IMG/VR virus record: IMGVR_UViG_3300034105_003474 | Coordinates: 1 to 64,000 of that record | DNA: 64,000 nt | Strand: one strand, 5' to 3' | Source: a virus | Shown: in pieces, positions 19,057 through 28,221 of the stretch | Position numbering within the stretch: position 1 is the first letter of the stretch | How the letters are laid out: the number at the start of each line of letters is the position of its first letter | Translations under genes and position numbers: made by a program | The notes under the pieces: generated by a model | What the model was told of the DNA's origin: nothing | Database searches by the model: none | Seen by the model: the letters and a program-made list of their open reading frames with translations, nothing else

Positions 19057-19818
19057 ATGTCAAAAGTCGCATGGGATTACATTGTTCCTGTCAAACTGCC
19101 AAAAGATCTAAAAAACGTCACTCCGGGCGAACTGCCTGAAAACCTCCTACGCAACGTAGAAGGCGGAGGGAAACTCCATCACCTCGCCTCCTACGCATGG
19201 GAAGCAATGTGCGTAAAAGCAAAGTCAGAAGGCGTGCAACTAAAACCGACCAGTTCAGGCGACCTATATCGCAGTTACGAAAGCCAGAAAAAAGGCTTCC
19301 TCACTCGCTACCAACTAGAGCCAGTAATCGGAACCAGCACCAAAACTTTTGAAGGAAAAACTTGGTACCTCAAAAAAGGTATGGCGATGCTTGCGACACC
19401 GGGTAAATCGCAACATAACCTCGGCTTGGCTGTTGATGTCGCTAGTGCTTCAGAGGCAAAGCGTCTTAATTGGTTGATTGCCAACGTTAAAGAATTCGGT
19501 TTCTCATGGGAAGTAGTTCCAAGTGAGCCATGGCATCTTCGTTATGTATGCGGAGACGATGTCCCTGCCGCTGTTCTTGCATTCCAAGGTGGGGCAATTC
19601 CAACGCTTTCGGCACCTGCACCTGCACCAACAAGTGGATCCGCTGATCACAAAGAACTACAACAAGCGTTGAAGGCTAAAGGTTTCTACAAAGGCACTAT
19701 TGACGGATTGATGTCAGACGCACTTAAAGAATCAATCAAAGCATTCAAGGTAGCCAACAAACTTAAGGCTGATGACATCGTCGGACCGAAAGTAAAAGAG
19801 TTGCTTGGTCTCAAATGA
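19057..19818 (+). CDS. Endolysin: M15 (VanY-like) peptidase plus peptidoglycan-binding domain
   Basis: YRSY..Q, PGKSQHNLGLAVD, EPWHLRY; LQ.AL...G..IDG...D.IVGP. Confidence 0.9.
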   Translation: MSKVAWDYIVPVKLPKDLKNVTPGELPENLLRNVEGGGKLHHLASYAWEAMCVKAKSEGVQLKPTSSGDLYRSYESQKKGFLTRYQLEPVIGTSTKTFEGKTWYLKKGMAMLATPGKSQHNLGLAVDVASASEAKRLNWLIANVKEFGFSWEVVPSEPWHLRYVCGDDVPAAVLAFQGGAIPTLSAPAPAPTSGSADHKELQQALKAKGFYKGTIDGLMSDALKESIKAFKVANKLKADDIVGPKVKELLGLK

Positions 19819-19973
19819 GCCGTTACGCCTCCTCTGATCAAGCACCAAAAGTTGTTGAGTCACGCAATGAGGAGTTTTTGTCTTCAATTTTGATCTCTGA
19901 GGATAAACCCAAAAATACAAAAACAAAGTCAACTAAAAAGAAAACCACGAAAGCATAAAGGGGTAGTTTTTGT

Positions 19974-20204
19974 ATGGAAATTGTGTGGGCTTCTGCTGTC
20001 ACTGGTGCGTTTGGTGTTTTGATGTTGCTAATTGAAAAAGGGCGACGAGAAAATGTTCGCGATCACGGTTTCGTTAAAGACCGTTTAGATTCAATTAAGG
20101 AAGATATCGCAGACATTGATAGCGATTTGAATGTTATTGAGTTGAAAATAGATGGACACCTTTCAGACCATGCTTCTACCTCTTTGAAAAAAGGAAAAAA
20201 ATGA
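19974..20204 (+). CDS. Small membrane protein (holin-associated/DUF2746-like)
   Basis: N-terminal TM plus coiled coil, downstream of endolysin. Confidence 0.55.
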   Translation: MEIVWASAVTGAFGVLMLLIEKGRRENVRDHGFVKDRLDSIKEDIADIDSDLNVIELKIDGHLSDHASTSLKKGKK

Positions 20205-20428
20205 GCAAGAAACCAGCAAAAAAACCATCTTCTAGTGCTGTCCCACCAACCCCAAAGGTTGATAGTGGTATCAATGTGATGTATATCGGATATAAGGGCG
20301 TAACGCATACTTGCCCTTCGTGTGGAAGTTCTCGCGGCAAAGGAATGGTTCGTGAATACAAATCTGTACTTTACTGTGGTGTTGGTTGTGTACTTTCGCA
20401 TAAGCGGACGAATGAAGTTTCACAATGA
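20201..20428 (+). CDS. Small Zn-ribbon protein
   Basis: CPSC...YC...C; ATGA overlaps. Confidence 0.55.
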   Translation: MSKKPAKKPSSSAVPPTPKVDSGINVMYIGYKGVTHTCPSCGSSRGKGMVREYKSVLYCGVGCVLSHKRTNEVSQ

Positions 20429-20697
20429 AAAAGGATTTAGTAGTTAATGTCTTACTTAGAATTCTTGCTACTTTCGCCGCATCTGGTCTTGGCGTTATCG
20501 GTGCAGGAACTATCGCTGGCGTTCCAGTACTCAAGGCTGTCTTCATGGCTGGAATTGCAGGGGTTGCAGTCGTAATTGAAGGTCTCTCTAGGGCGTTCCT
20601 TGAAGATGGAAAACTTTCAAGTTCAGAAATCAACGATGTTTTCAACAAGGTTGACAAGAAGGCTCCAGTGAAAGCAAAGGCGAATGAAGCGGTTTAG
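20425..20697 (+). CDS. Putative holin
   Basis: Two TM segments, charged C-terminus, in lysis cassette. Confidence 0.6.
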   Translation: MKKDLVVNVLLRILATFAASGLGVIGAGTIAGVPVLKAVFMAGIAGVAVVIEGLSRAFLEDGKLSSSEINDVFNKVDKKAPVKAKANEAV

Positions 20698-20905
20698 TCT
20701 TGTTCTCATATCCATACTTACTCTTGCTTCTTGTGGTTATGACGGAAAGTATCGTTATGCATGTCAAGACCCTGCAAATTGGGGTAAAACAGAATGTGAA
20801 CCACCAGCATGCAAGGTAGATGGCGCATGCACAGAAACACTGCTTGGATGGGATCCAACAGAAACAAGCGTAGAAACAATACCGACAGAGGAGGTAGCAC
20901 CATGA
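20684..20905 (+). CDS. Small lipoprotein
   Basis: Lipobox LASC; four further Cys. Confidence 0.65.
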   Translation: MKRFSLVLISILTLASCGYDGKYRYACQDPANWGKTECEPPACKVDGACTETLLGWDPTETSVETIPTEEVAP

Positions 20906-21189
20906 AAAAGCGTATGACACCAGCAGAACTAGATGCCCGTCTCAAGTTTGTTATCGGTTGCATGCTCGGTTTCGTTCTCATGATCACAACGATCGGTGTT
21001 CTATGGGCTCTCGTATTCGTAACACAGCCAATTGGTGCTCAAGCAGAGAACGACAAAATGTTCTTTGGTGTACTCTCGTCGGTAGCAACATTCATCACAG
21101 GCACTCTTGCAGGGTTGATGATTTCAACAGGACGAAACGCTGAAGACAAAGATGGGAACGGCATCCCCGACCATTTAGAAGGTAAGTAA
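20902..21189 (+). CDS. Two-TM membrane protein
   Basis: Start MKKRMT after GGAGG; ends in DKDGNGIPD. Confidence 0.65.
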   Translation: MKKRMTPAELDARLKFVIGCMLGFVLMITTIGVLWALVFVTQPIGAQAENDKMFFGVLSSVATFITGTLAGLMISTGRNAEDKDGNGIPDHLEGK

Positions 21190-21365
21190 TGAAAGTTTGG
21201 ATTGACCATATGAATCACGACCACTCATCTGTATCTAATTTGATTAGCGAAATGAACGTAATGTGGGCATTGATGGCATTAATGGCTGCTCATCATTTTT
21301 GGATGTGGAAAAAATCAAAAGGTTGTCACTGTCATAAAAACTGTAAATCAAAAAACGCAAGTTAA
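21189..21365 (+). CDS. Small His/Met/Cys-rich membrane peptide beginning with ferredoxin-like codons
   Basis: Not in ORF track; MKVWIDHMNHDHSSVSNLISEMNVMWALMALMAAHHFWMWKKSKGCHCHKNCKSKNAS; TAATG overlaps both sides. Confidence 0.55.
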   Translation: MKVWIDHMNHDHSSVSNLISEMNVMWALMALMAAHHFWMWKKSKGCHCHKNCKSKNAS

Positions 21366-21610
21366 TGAGAGTTTGGATTGACCAAGACCTATGTACTGGG
21401 GATGGACTATGCGCAGAGATAGCACCAGATGTGTTTACGATGATGCCCGATGGTTTAGCATATGTAAAAGAAGGCGACAAGATATTTGCCTCTTCTGTGG
21501 GAAACCCCGAAGGAGCGGCTGGTTTAGCATCTTTTTCAGACGACAGGCTTGATGATGTTATTGAGTCTGCCGAGGAATGCCCGGGAGAATGCATTTTTAT
21601 TGAGCCGTAA
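21365..21610 (+). CDS. fdx: Single-cluster ferredoxin (actinobacterial type), auxiliary metabolic gene
   Basis: CTGDGLC...APDVF...CP.ECI. Confidence 0.9.
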   Translation: MRVWIDQDLCTGDGLCAEIAPDVFTMMPDGLAYVKEGDKIFASSVGNPEGAAGLASFSDDRLDDVIESAEECPGECIFIEP

Positions 21611-21706
21611 ATGGTGGTAAAATAGTTAGGAAAGGTTCCTTCAGCATTTTTTGCGTGGGAGTGCTGAGTCTATTTTTTGTAGTTTGTATAAGGTAGTCTT
21701 AACGCC

Positions 21707-22045
21707 ATGGTAGATACAGACCAAGAAATCAAATGGCACAACGACGGTCATGTCGTTTTGATGCAGTTAAACAAAGCGAATCTTGAAATTGTTGGTGTCA
21801 CCTGCCCAAACAAAGATAAAGAAGATTCATCTTGTTCACATGATGACGCTCCATGCGTAGTTGAATTTTTTTTACAAATGTTTGGTCTTGAATGCAATGT
21901 TGGTGTTGTTGAACCATCAGGGCAAATGCAGATCGCTTGGGCTTTGGTAGGCGACAAACATAAAGACCTTGGTGTTTGTCAAGTGTGGGTGATACCTACA
22001 CAAGATGAGGCTTTCTCTGCTTGGATTTCAACACAAACCGTTTAA
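21707..22045 (+). CDS. Hypothetical protein
   Basis: 112-aa ORF with plausible composition. Confidence 0.55.
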   Translation: MVDTDQEIKWHNDGHVVLMQLNKANLEIVGVTCPNKDKEDSSCSHDDAPCVVEFFLQMFGLECNVGVVEPSGQMQIAWALVGDKHKDLGVCQVWVIPTQDEAFSAWISTQTV

Positions 22046-22146
22046 CGGTTCTTAGTCGTCGTCCTCTACGCCCTTGTCGCCACATTCAGGGTTGCGAGGG
22101 ACTGGTGTTTTGCAAGGACACAAGTAACCTCGTACACCAATAACCG

Positions 22147-22611
22147 TCATTTTTGATTCGCCTTGCATTTTTCGTATCCGAGGGTTTTGCCAAGTGTCGG
22201 ATTTAATGTTTTGAAGTGTCCGTCTTTTTTCATGAGCACACCAGATGCACCACTAATCTCACATGTTTTGATTGACATGCGCTCATACTTGTCAACGATC
22301 GCACCGAACTGTTCTTTATGCTTTGAATGTGATGGCTCGCAGTAGTAGCGGAGAGTCCCAAATTTTTCTTTGATTTGATAAATCTTGTAGTTTTTGTCAA
22401 TGTTTAGTAGTTCGCTGTGGCATTCCGCGATGATGTTGATCCAGCCGTCGTCACACCTGAGCAACTTCTCCCAACCTTTACCGAAGTATGGGTAGATGTT
22501 TTGTTTTATTGGTTCCACACCAAAATCGGTGGCATTGCCGTTCTCAGCCTCCCATGCGAGAGGCGCTTGGTCAACGAAGGCTCGGAAGAATCTTTCAATA
22601 ATCTTAAACAT
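22147..22611 (-). CDS. Conserved phage hypothetical protein (QIKEKFGTLRYY family)
   Basis: GW...I, QIKEKFG.LR.Y, S..TCE..G. Confidence 0.7.
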   Translation of the reverse strand: MFKIIERFFRAFVDQAPLAWEAENGNATDFGVEPIKQNIYPYFGKGWEKLLRCDDGWINIIAECHSELLNIDKNYKIYQIKEKFGTLRYYCEPSHSKHKEQFGAIVDKYERMSIKTCEISGASGVLMKKDGHFKTLNPTLGKTLGYEKCKANQK

Positions 22612-22614
22612 GTT

Positions 22615-23388
22615 TTACATTTCTGTCGTAATGATCATGTGGTCTTTAAAGATCACTTGTGTTTCAGGTGGCATTCTGTCAACAACTAAACATCGCAGAA
22701 CCCATCTGTCTGTGCCATCGTATCTAGGGGAGAATGGTTTTCTGCCGTGGATCGTTTTCCTGTTATCAAGAACAAACAGGTCGCCTGCTTGTAGAACTAT
22801 TTCCCGAGTTTTTTCGGTGATAGCGATTTTCAATTTATCTAAAGCCTCTTGTGCTTGGAATGTTTTCCCGCGCATAAAGAACTCGTCAAAACAAATAGAT
22901 AAACCATGCTCATCTTCTTTGAGTATTGGCATCACAATGGATTTGTTTGGTTCCCCATGAGTCCTGAAACTGTCATCTATTGCTGTGATATATAATGGTT
23001 GTTTAAGTAATGTGACCGTTTCTTCGTCTAACGATTCAACGATCTCGTCAACTATGGCAAATGTTGTTGGGGCTTGGTGATCCCCTCTCAAACACAGAAG
23101 TAGAACATGGGATGGTTTGTATGGGTGGAAAGCGGTTTCTGTGTGTAACTCTAAATTTACTTTTGACGACGACGATATTTGTTGGAATTCTGTTGTGGGG
23201 TTCGGAAGGACGCTGTGGATAAGTCGTCCGTCTTGTTCCTGTTTGTACCCTGTGGGGATGCCGTACTTGTAGGCATGTTTTTTTAACTGCGCACAGGCTT
23301 GAGCCGCGATGCTTGTGTCATAGATGTTTTCCGTCGGTGTCGGCGGTATCAGACCTATGTCAATCTTCTTGGTTAGTGTCCAACTCAT
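22615..23388 (-). CDS. TauD/clavaminate synthase-like Fe(II)/2OG hydroxylase (VioC/AsnO-like)
   Basis: LELHTETAFHP, LLCLR.D, DNR..IHGR.PF.PRYDGTDRW. Confidence 0.85.
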   Translation of the reverse strand: MSWTLTKKIDIGLIPPTPTENIYDTSIAAQACAQLKKHAYKYGIPTGYKQEQDGRLIHSVLPNPTTEFQQISSSSKVNLELHTETAFHPYKPSHVLLLCLRGDHQAPTTFAIVDEIVESLDEETVTLLKQPLYITAIDDSFRTHGEPNKSIVMPILKEDEHGLSICFDEFFMRGKTFQAQEALDKLKIAITEKTREIVLQAGDLFVLDNRKTIHGRKPFSPRYDGTDRWVLRCLVVDRMPPETQVIFKDHMIITTEM

Positions 23389-23830
23389 GGTGCGATATCA
23401 CGCTACTAGATTCAAGCACTGCTGAAATGGTGCGTATCAGTCTCCGAAGATCAGGGTGATATCTCGTGTTATTTAAATTTATACGATATTCATAGCGACC
23501 TTTGGATTTTGTTCTTGCTACGAGTTTGCTTTTGGTCAATAGGGATAAGGCTTTAATAACCGCCGTGCTCGTTACCCCCAATGTGGTTGACAACTCGCGC
23601 ACTGTCAAGCCCGGTGTCTCTATCAGGTAGATAAGTATCCGTCCTGCTGGGGTTAAAAGGTTTACATTGCTTTTTGGGGTGTAGGCGATGATGTTCTGTT
23701 CGTCTAGTTCTTCAAGGATTGATTCAACGAGTTGTTTTGCTGAATGGTTCTTGGATTGGGCTTCTTTGACAACTCTTTCTAGTGGTCCGCGTATTGCGTG
23801 GTCGCGTCTGTTGTCGTGTGCTGATACCAC
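23360..23830 (-). CDS. Winged-helix (MarR-like) DNA-binding protein
   Basis: LIETPGLTVRELSTTLGVTSTAV..AL..L....LV.R. Confidence 0.7.
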   Translation of the reverse strand: MVSAHDNRRDHAIRGPLERVVKEAQSKNHSAKQLVESILEELDEQNIIAYTPKSNVNLLTPAGRILIYLIETPGLTVRELSTTLGVTSTAVIKALSLLTKSKLVARTKSKGRYEYRINLNNTRYHPDLRRLIRTISAVLESSSVISHHELDTNQED

Positions 23831-23984
23831 GGGGACAGGTTAGCACGGTGATATCACGACTGTTTTCAAAGAATATTCATTAATCATTTATTACTTTACT
23901 TTTGTATTTGCTAATACCACGTCAAGTGCTTGACACAACTAAAAATAGGTACAAATATGTCATACTAGAAAGACAGGAGAACAC

Positions 23985-24281
23985 ATGGCTAGTCAAGAGA
24001 AGTCCAAAAGCAACCTGCTCGGCACGCTCGCACAGTTATCCAAAACAGTAAGCGCACCATGCCCTATAGGCAAAATACACAAGCAATTAGAACCCGAAAC
24101 ACAAGTAGCGCTCATCAACGCACTTCAATCACCTGCATCAAACTCTGCAATACACAGAGCACTAATAGATGAAGGTTTCTCAATATCAAGAACAACCATC
24201 AACCAAAAGCGTGAATGTTTCCGTCAAGAAGGACACACAGCATGTTTCTGTTTCCCTAACAATCTAGGAGCAAGTAAATGA
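23985..24281 (+). CDS. Small HTH/Zn-type protein partnering the phosphoesterase
   Basis: AGGAG RBS; I.RAL..EG.SIS..T...R.C motif. Confidence 0.55.
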   Translation: MASQEKSKSNLLGTLAQLSKTVSAPCPIGKIHKQLEPETQVALINALQSPASNSAIHRALIDEGFSISRTTINQKRECFRQEGHTACFCFPNNLGASK

Positions 24282-25486
24282 GCAACCTCGGAAACAAACT
24301 CAACGACATCTCACATGATGCGAACGGCAACCCGAAAGGCGAAACCGCTTGGGCAGAAATCGGCTTAGACGGCGGAGAGTTATCCACAGGGGCAATGCCA
24401 ACAGAAATGGGTGGAGACTGGAATGCGGTACTCCGCGGATTCGGTTTAGATCCCGACATCTTTGAGATAGTTGACGACACAGTCCGAATGTCCAAATGGC
24501 AGTCATCCAAAAGACTAGAAAACGGTGACCGCGATATCATCTGGCTTTACTCATATAAAGCACGCTTCAAACGCAAAAACCTCACTGCGCTACCTGACAC
24601 CGAGATAGACAACATACGAACATATGTTCAAAAATGGAAGTCTGTACCCAAAACCACTGCGCCGATATCAACAGAAAAAGGCTCAACCCTTGTGGTCTGT
24701 TGGGCAGATCAGCAGTTAGGCAAATCCGCTGGCGGTGGAACCGATGCCACAGTTGAAAGAATTATGGATAGTTATCAGGCAACGATCCAACGGGTCAAAG
24801 ACCTACGCAAAATCGGGCGAAACATTGAAAAGATCGCCATCGTCAACATGGGTGACCCTGTTGAAGGATGCGACGGCAACTACGCCAGCCAGTTATTCAC
24901 AGTAGAACTCACACAACGTCAACAATTGTTGTTGGCTATTGACCTTTGGGCGCAAGGAATCCGACAGTTATCTCCTTTAGCCGAAGAGGCAGAGTTCATC
25001 AGCGTTCTTTGCAACCATGGCGAATGGATGCGTAGAGGCGGGAAAGCCGTAACAAGTGACTCCGACAACGCAGGCGGTTTCCTCACCGATGCTGTCAAAC
25101 GAGTATTGGACGGCAGACCAGAAACAGATAAACTTAAATGGAATATTCCTCATGATGAGATGATCACCACCTCAGTCCTGTCAGGTGTCAAAGTGGCGTT
25201 CACCCACGGACACAAGATCAGTGGCAAAGAAGTGGAATGGCTACGAGGGCAGTCAATTAAGATCCTCCGTGAAGAAGGACGCGAACCCGATATTTGGGTT
25301 ACAGCCCACAAACATCACCTCCAAGTCCAAGACTTCGGACCCTGGTACCGTTTCCAATGCCCATCCAATGACGGTGGCTCAAAATGGTATACAGACATGA
25401 GTGGCAACTGGTCAACACCGGGAACACTCACATTCCTTGTAGGCAACCATGACCCTAAAGGTTGGTCAGACATGGCAGTCCTATGA
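24278..25486 (+). CDS. Metallophosphoesterase (Mre11-like, actinophage type)
   Basis: ADQQ.GK, MGD..EG, CNHG, THGH, AHKH. Confidence 0.8.
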   Translation: MSNLGNKLNDISHDANGNPKGETAWAEIGLDGGELSTGAMPTEMGGDWNAVLRGFGLDPDIFEIVDDTVRMSKWQSSKRLENGDRDIIWLYSYKARFKRKNLTALPDTEIDNIRTYVQKWKSVPKTTAPISTEKGSTLVVCWADQQLGKSAGGGTDATVERIMDSYQATIQRVKDLRKIGRNIEKIAIVNMGDPVEGCDGNYASQLFTVELTQRQQLLLAIDLWAQGIRQLSPLAEEAEFISVLCNHGEWMRRGGKAVTSDSDNAGGFLTDAVKRVLDGRPETDKLKWNIPHDEMITTSVLSGVKVAFTHGHKISGKEVEWLRGQSIKILREEGREPDIWVTAHKHHLQVQDFGPWYRFQCPSNDGGSKWYTDMSGNWSTPGTLTFLVGNHDPKGWSDMAVL

Positions 25487-25767
25487 GTTGGCAACCCAAC
25501 TACACACTGGATGACATACAAACCTACCTTGAAGCCATGGATCAAGGCGTGCTCCTAGCAGACGGCTTTGAACATGCGTTCCTCGGAACCACACAACGGA
25601 TGAACGAACCACCATTAGCGGTGTACTCATACCCACTTATGGCAGAAACCCTCATGCTCCGAGACGGAATGTCCTATGAAGAAGCCGAAGAATACATTGA
25701 CTTCAATGTCGCTGGCGCTTGGGTTGGGGAACAAACCCCGATCATTATCCACCCTATGAACCTTTAA
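25483..25767 (+). CDS. Conserved phage hypothetical protein
   Basis: ADGF..A..G...Y...MS.EEA.EYI.FN..GAWVGE.TP. Confidence 0.7.
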   Translation: MSWQPNYTLDDIQTYLEAMDQGVLLADGFEHAFLGTTQRMNEPPLAVYSYPLMAETLMLRDGMSYEEAEEYIDFNVAGAWVGEQTPIIIHPMNL

Positions 25768-25832
25768 CCCTTCTCTGCACCAAAGCCGCACAGTTCAATC
25801 AACGGAATAGCAAGAAAGCCTGAACCCTCTTT

Positions 25833-26456
25833 ATGACAACAATCGTAGGTATCCAAGGAGATGGTTATTGTCTTATAGCGGGGGATACTCGTATTACTTC
25901 TGTGGATAGTAATGGTTCTGCGTATCAGATGAACACGCTCAAGCCTGAGACTTCTAAGATTGCTGTGAACGGAAAGTATCTGATCGGTACAGCAGGAGAT
26001 CTAAGAGCGATCAATCTTCTGACCCATACTCTCACCCCGCCAGTTTGCCCACCTAACCTGAGAGGCAAAAAACTTGATGAGTTTGTCACCAACAAACTGA
26101 TCCCCGCAATCCGACAAATGTTTGAACAAAACGGGTACACCGTAAACGAAGCGAACACAAACAGCAATAAAGCCGAACATGACTCCGAAATGCTCGTAGC
26201 AGTCAACCAAACCATCTATTTGATAGACGGCGACTACTCATGGTTCACAGACACCACAGGAATCTACGCCCTCGGCACAGGATCCGCTTATGCGTTAGGG
26301 GCATTACACAACATGCCACCAGTCAAAAACCCTGCCCAAGCCAAAAAACATGCCATCAAAGCCCTAGCCACAGCCAGCAAATACGACCCCAACACAGGCA
26401 ACCCATACCACACCCACATCCAACAAACACAACAAAAAACGGATAAACCTAAATGA
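25833..26456 (+). CDS. Ntn-hydrolase, HslV/proteasome-beta-like protease
   Basis: N-terminal MTTIVG, AGD, GTAG, ALGTGSAYALGA. Confidence 0.8.
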   Translation: MTTIVGIQGDGYCLIAGDTRITSVDSNGSAYQMNTLKPETSKIAVNGKYLIGTAGDLRAINLLTHTLTPPVCPPNLRGKKLDEFVTNKLIPAIRQMFEQNGYTVNEANTNSNKAEHDSEMLVAVNQTIYLIDGDYSWFTDTTGIYALGTGSAYALGALHNMPPVKNPAQAKKHAIKALATASKYDPNTGNPYHTHIQQTQQKTDKPK

Positions 26457-26767
26457 AACAACAAAACCACAAACCCCAAGACGATACACAAACAAAACGC
26501 TGGCAAAACCACGCAGCCTGCCGAGGAAAAACAAACCTCATGTTCCCCCAACACCACAAAGACATCACCTACATCCTCACCGCAAGAGACATATGCGCAC
26601 ACTGCACAGTACGACCACAATGCCTCAAAGAAGCCTTAGAATATCACCCAATAGACATGCACGGAGTATGGGCAGGCTTAACAAGCAGACAGTTAGCCGC
26701 AGAACAAAAACGCAGAGGCATCAAACCAAAACGCCCATCCATCTCCCAAATGTGGGACCTATCGTAA
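26453..26767 (+). CDS. whiB: WhiB-family transcription factor
   Basis: W...AAC, ICAHCTVRPQC, HGVWAG. Confidence 0.9.
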   Translation: MKQQNHKPQDDTQTKRWQNHAACRGKTNLMFPQHHKDITYILTARDICAHCTVRPQCLKEALEYHPIDMHGVWAGLTSRQLAAEQKRRGIKPKRPSISQMWDLS

Positions 26768-27094
26768 ACAAACCCCACACACATCACAAAAAGTAGACCC
26801 CAAAACCTCCACAGCCTTCTTATCACAAGACGGCAAACCACAAGGCTCCAACCTCCGCTCACCCCGCAAATAAGCCACAACCCCAGACAAAGGCTCAACA
26901 GGATCCGAAACCTCCAACAAAGCCCGACCCTCCGCATCCCGAACACCATTCACAAGCAACAAACCCACCAACTTCTGAAACGACAACTCCCGCAACACAG
27001 CCAAATCCACCAACTGATTCTTCAACCACCCAGGAACAGGAACAGTCACATACACCGAATCCCCATCACGAGCACGCCTAGCCTCAAACCCCAT
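26759..27094 (-). CDS. RHH-like plus C-terminal Zn-ribbon protein
   Basis: Start MGFEARR; VTVPVPGWLK..L; C....C...CDVC. Confidence 0.5.
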   Translation of the reverse strand: MGFEARRARDGDSVYVTVPVPGWLKNQLVDLAVLRELSFQKLVGLLLVNGVRDAEGRALLEVSDPVEPLSGVVAYLRGERRLEPCGLPSCDKKAVEVLGSTFCDVCGVCLR

Positions 27095-27269
27095 CAACAC
27101 CACCCCAATCCCGAACCACCAACATAGACAAATACTCAGACAAAGACAAATCAAAAGCATCCGCCTGATCAACCATCAAATTCTTGATGTCTGCGTCTAT
27201 TTTTATGGTTAGGGTTGTTTTTGTATTTGGTGGTGCTTTGTGTGGTGGTCGTCCGTGTCGTTTTTTCAT
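27084..27269 (-). CDS. Ribbon-helix-helix DNA-binding protein
   Basis: GRPP...TLTIKIDADIK.L...A...LSLSEYL. Confidence 0.65.
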   Translation of the reverse strand: MKKRHGRPPHKAPPNTKTTLTIKIDADIKNLMVDQADAFDLSLSEYLSMLVVRDWGGVDGV

Positions 27270-27383
27270 TTGTGTTTCTTTCCGGCTGGTGGGCGGTTGG
27301 CATTTTTTTTGGCTAGGTATAGTCCGAGTAGGGTGCCGTGTGATAGTCCTATGATGATGCCGTATATGTATTGGATCATTATG

Positions 27384-27815
27384 TTATGCCTTTGTTATAT
27401 GTTGGTTGTATGTTTCTGTGAAGTGTGTTCTGTCTGCGCCTGTGGAGAGGCTTAACCCAACTATCCGCATTACTTGTTGTAGTTTTACAGGAATGTGTGT
27501 GTCGGGGTTTGCGGTACCTGAGTTGACGGTGTCACGGATGTTGCAGTACATGTTCCATGCTTGAGCGGCTGTGGGTTCCGCATTAGGTTGGGTTTGTTGC
27601 CAGTGTTCATACACGGATCCTGGGGTAGGTAGGAACCGTTCAGTTCTGTTTAGTTTAACTAAGACGGCTTCTAGTTGTTCGTACGGGCAATCCTGCAACA
27701 CAAGATGCCAAGCCCTATACACAAGTTTCTTCTGATCAGGATCATTAGACGGCTCCTTATTCCAAAGCGTGTAAGCAAGATCCACCAGTTTCGTTGTATC
27801 GGCTTTACTGCTCAT
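27384..27815 (-). CDS. Helicase loader/inhibitor-like protein
   Basis: AW..VL.D..Y......RFLPTPG motif; downstream of rep-like gene. Confidence 0.5.
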   Translation of the reverse strand: MSSKADTTKLVDLAYTLWNKEPSNDPDQKKLVYRAWHLVLQDCPYEQLEAVLVKLNRTERFLPTPGSVYEHWQQTQPNAEPTAAQAWNMYCNIRDTVNSGTANPDTHIPVKLQQVMRIVGLSLSTGADRTHFTETYNQHITKA

Positions 27816-28221
27816 CTAGAAACTCCTGCCGTGCATCACGCTTCTCTGTCCGTTGAATGAAACCCTCAATCTTGTCAGCATCACGAAATATAAGATCTAT
27901 ACCGTTATATTTCTTTTGTTGCGGATTATTGCCCATATGGAACGGGGAAGACGCACAACCATCTATAGCCCTACAGGATGCTTCTATACCGTAGTCATAG
28001 ATTGATGCGGCGATCTTGACTTTGCGGTCGTGATCTAAGACAGCCAACTTGGAAGCGCCCATAGCGTTAACCCAATAGTCCCAAACGATTTTGACTGCTT
28101 CGTCAGATATTCCTTTGGCTTTTTCGGCTCGTTGTTTGGTGGATATACGAGGACGCTTCTGTTTAGGTTTAACAGGATTGCTATATGCGCCACCGTCATC
28201 GTTGGAAAACAGTTCCATCAT
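27805..28221 (-). CDS. Replication initiator C-terminal-like protein
   Basis: VWDYW...R...AIDGC..SPF..G.N...Y..IDLIFR. Confidence 0.5.
   Translation of the reverse strand: MMELFSNDDGGAYSNPVKPKQKRPRISTKQRAEKAKGISDEAVKIVWDYWVNAMGASKLAVLDHDRKVKIAASIYDYGIEASCRAIDGCASSPFHMGNNPQQKKYNGIDLIFRDADKIEGFIQRTEKRDARQEFLDEQ

Noticed and set aside
24380-24388. Perfect DnaA box TTATCCACA
   Set aside because: Single copy inside a coding sequence; likely chance
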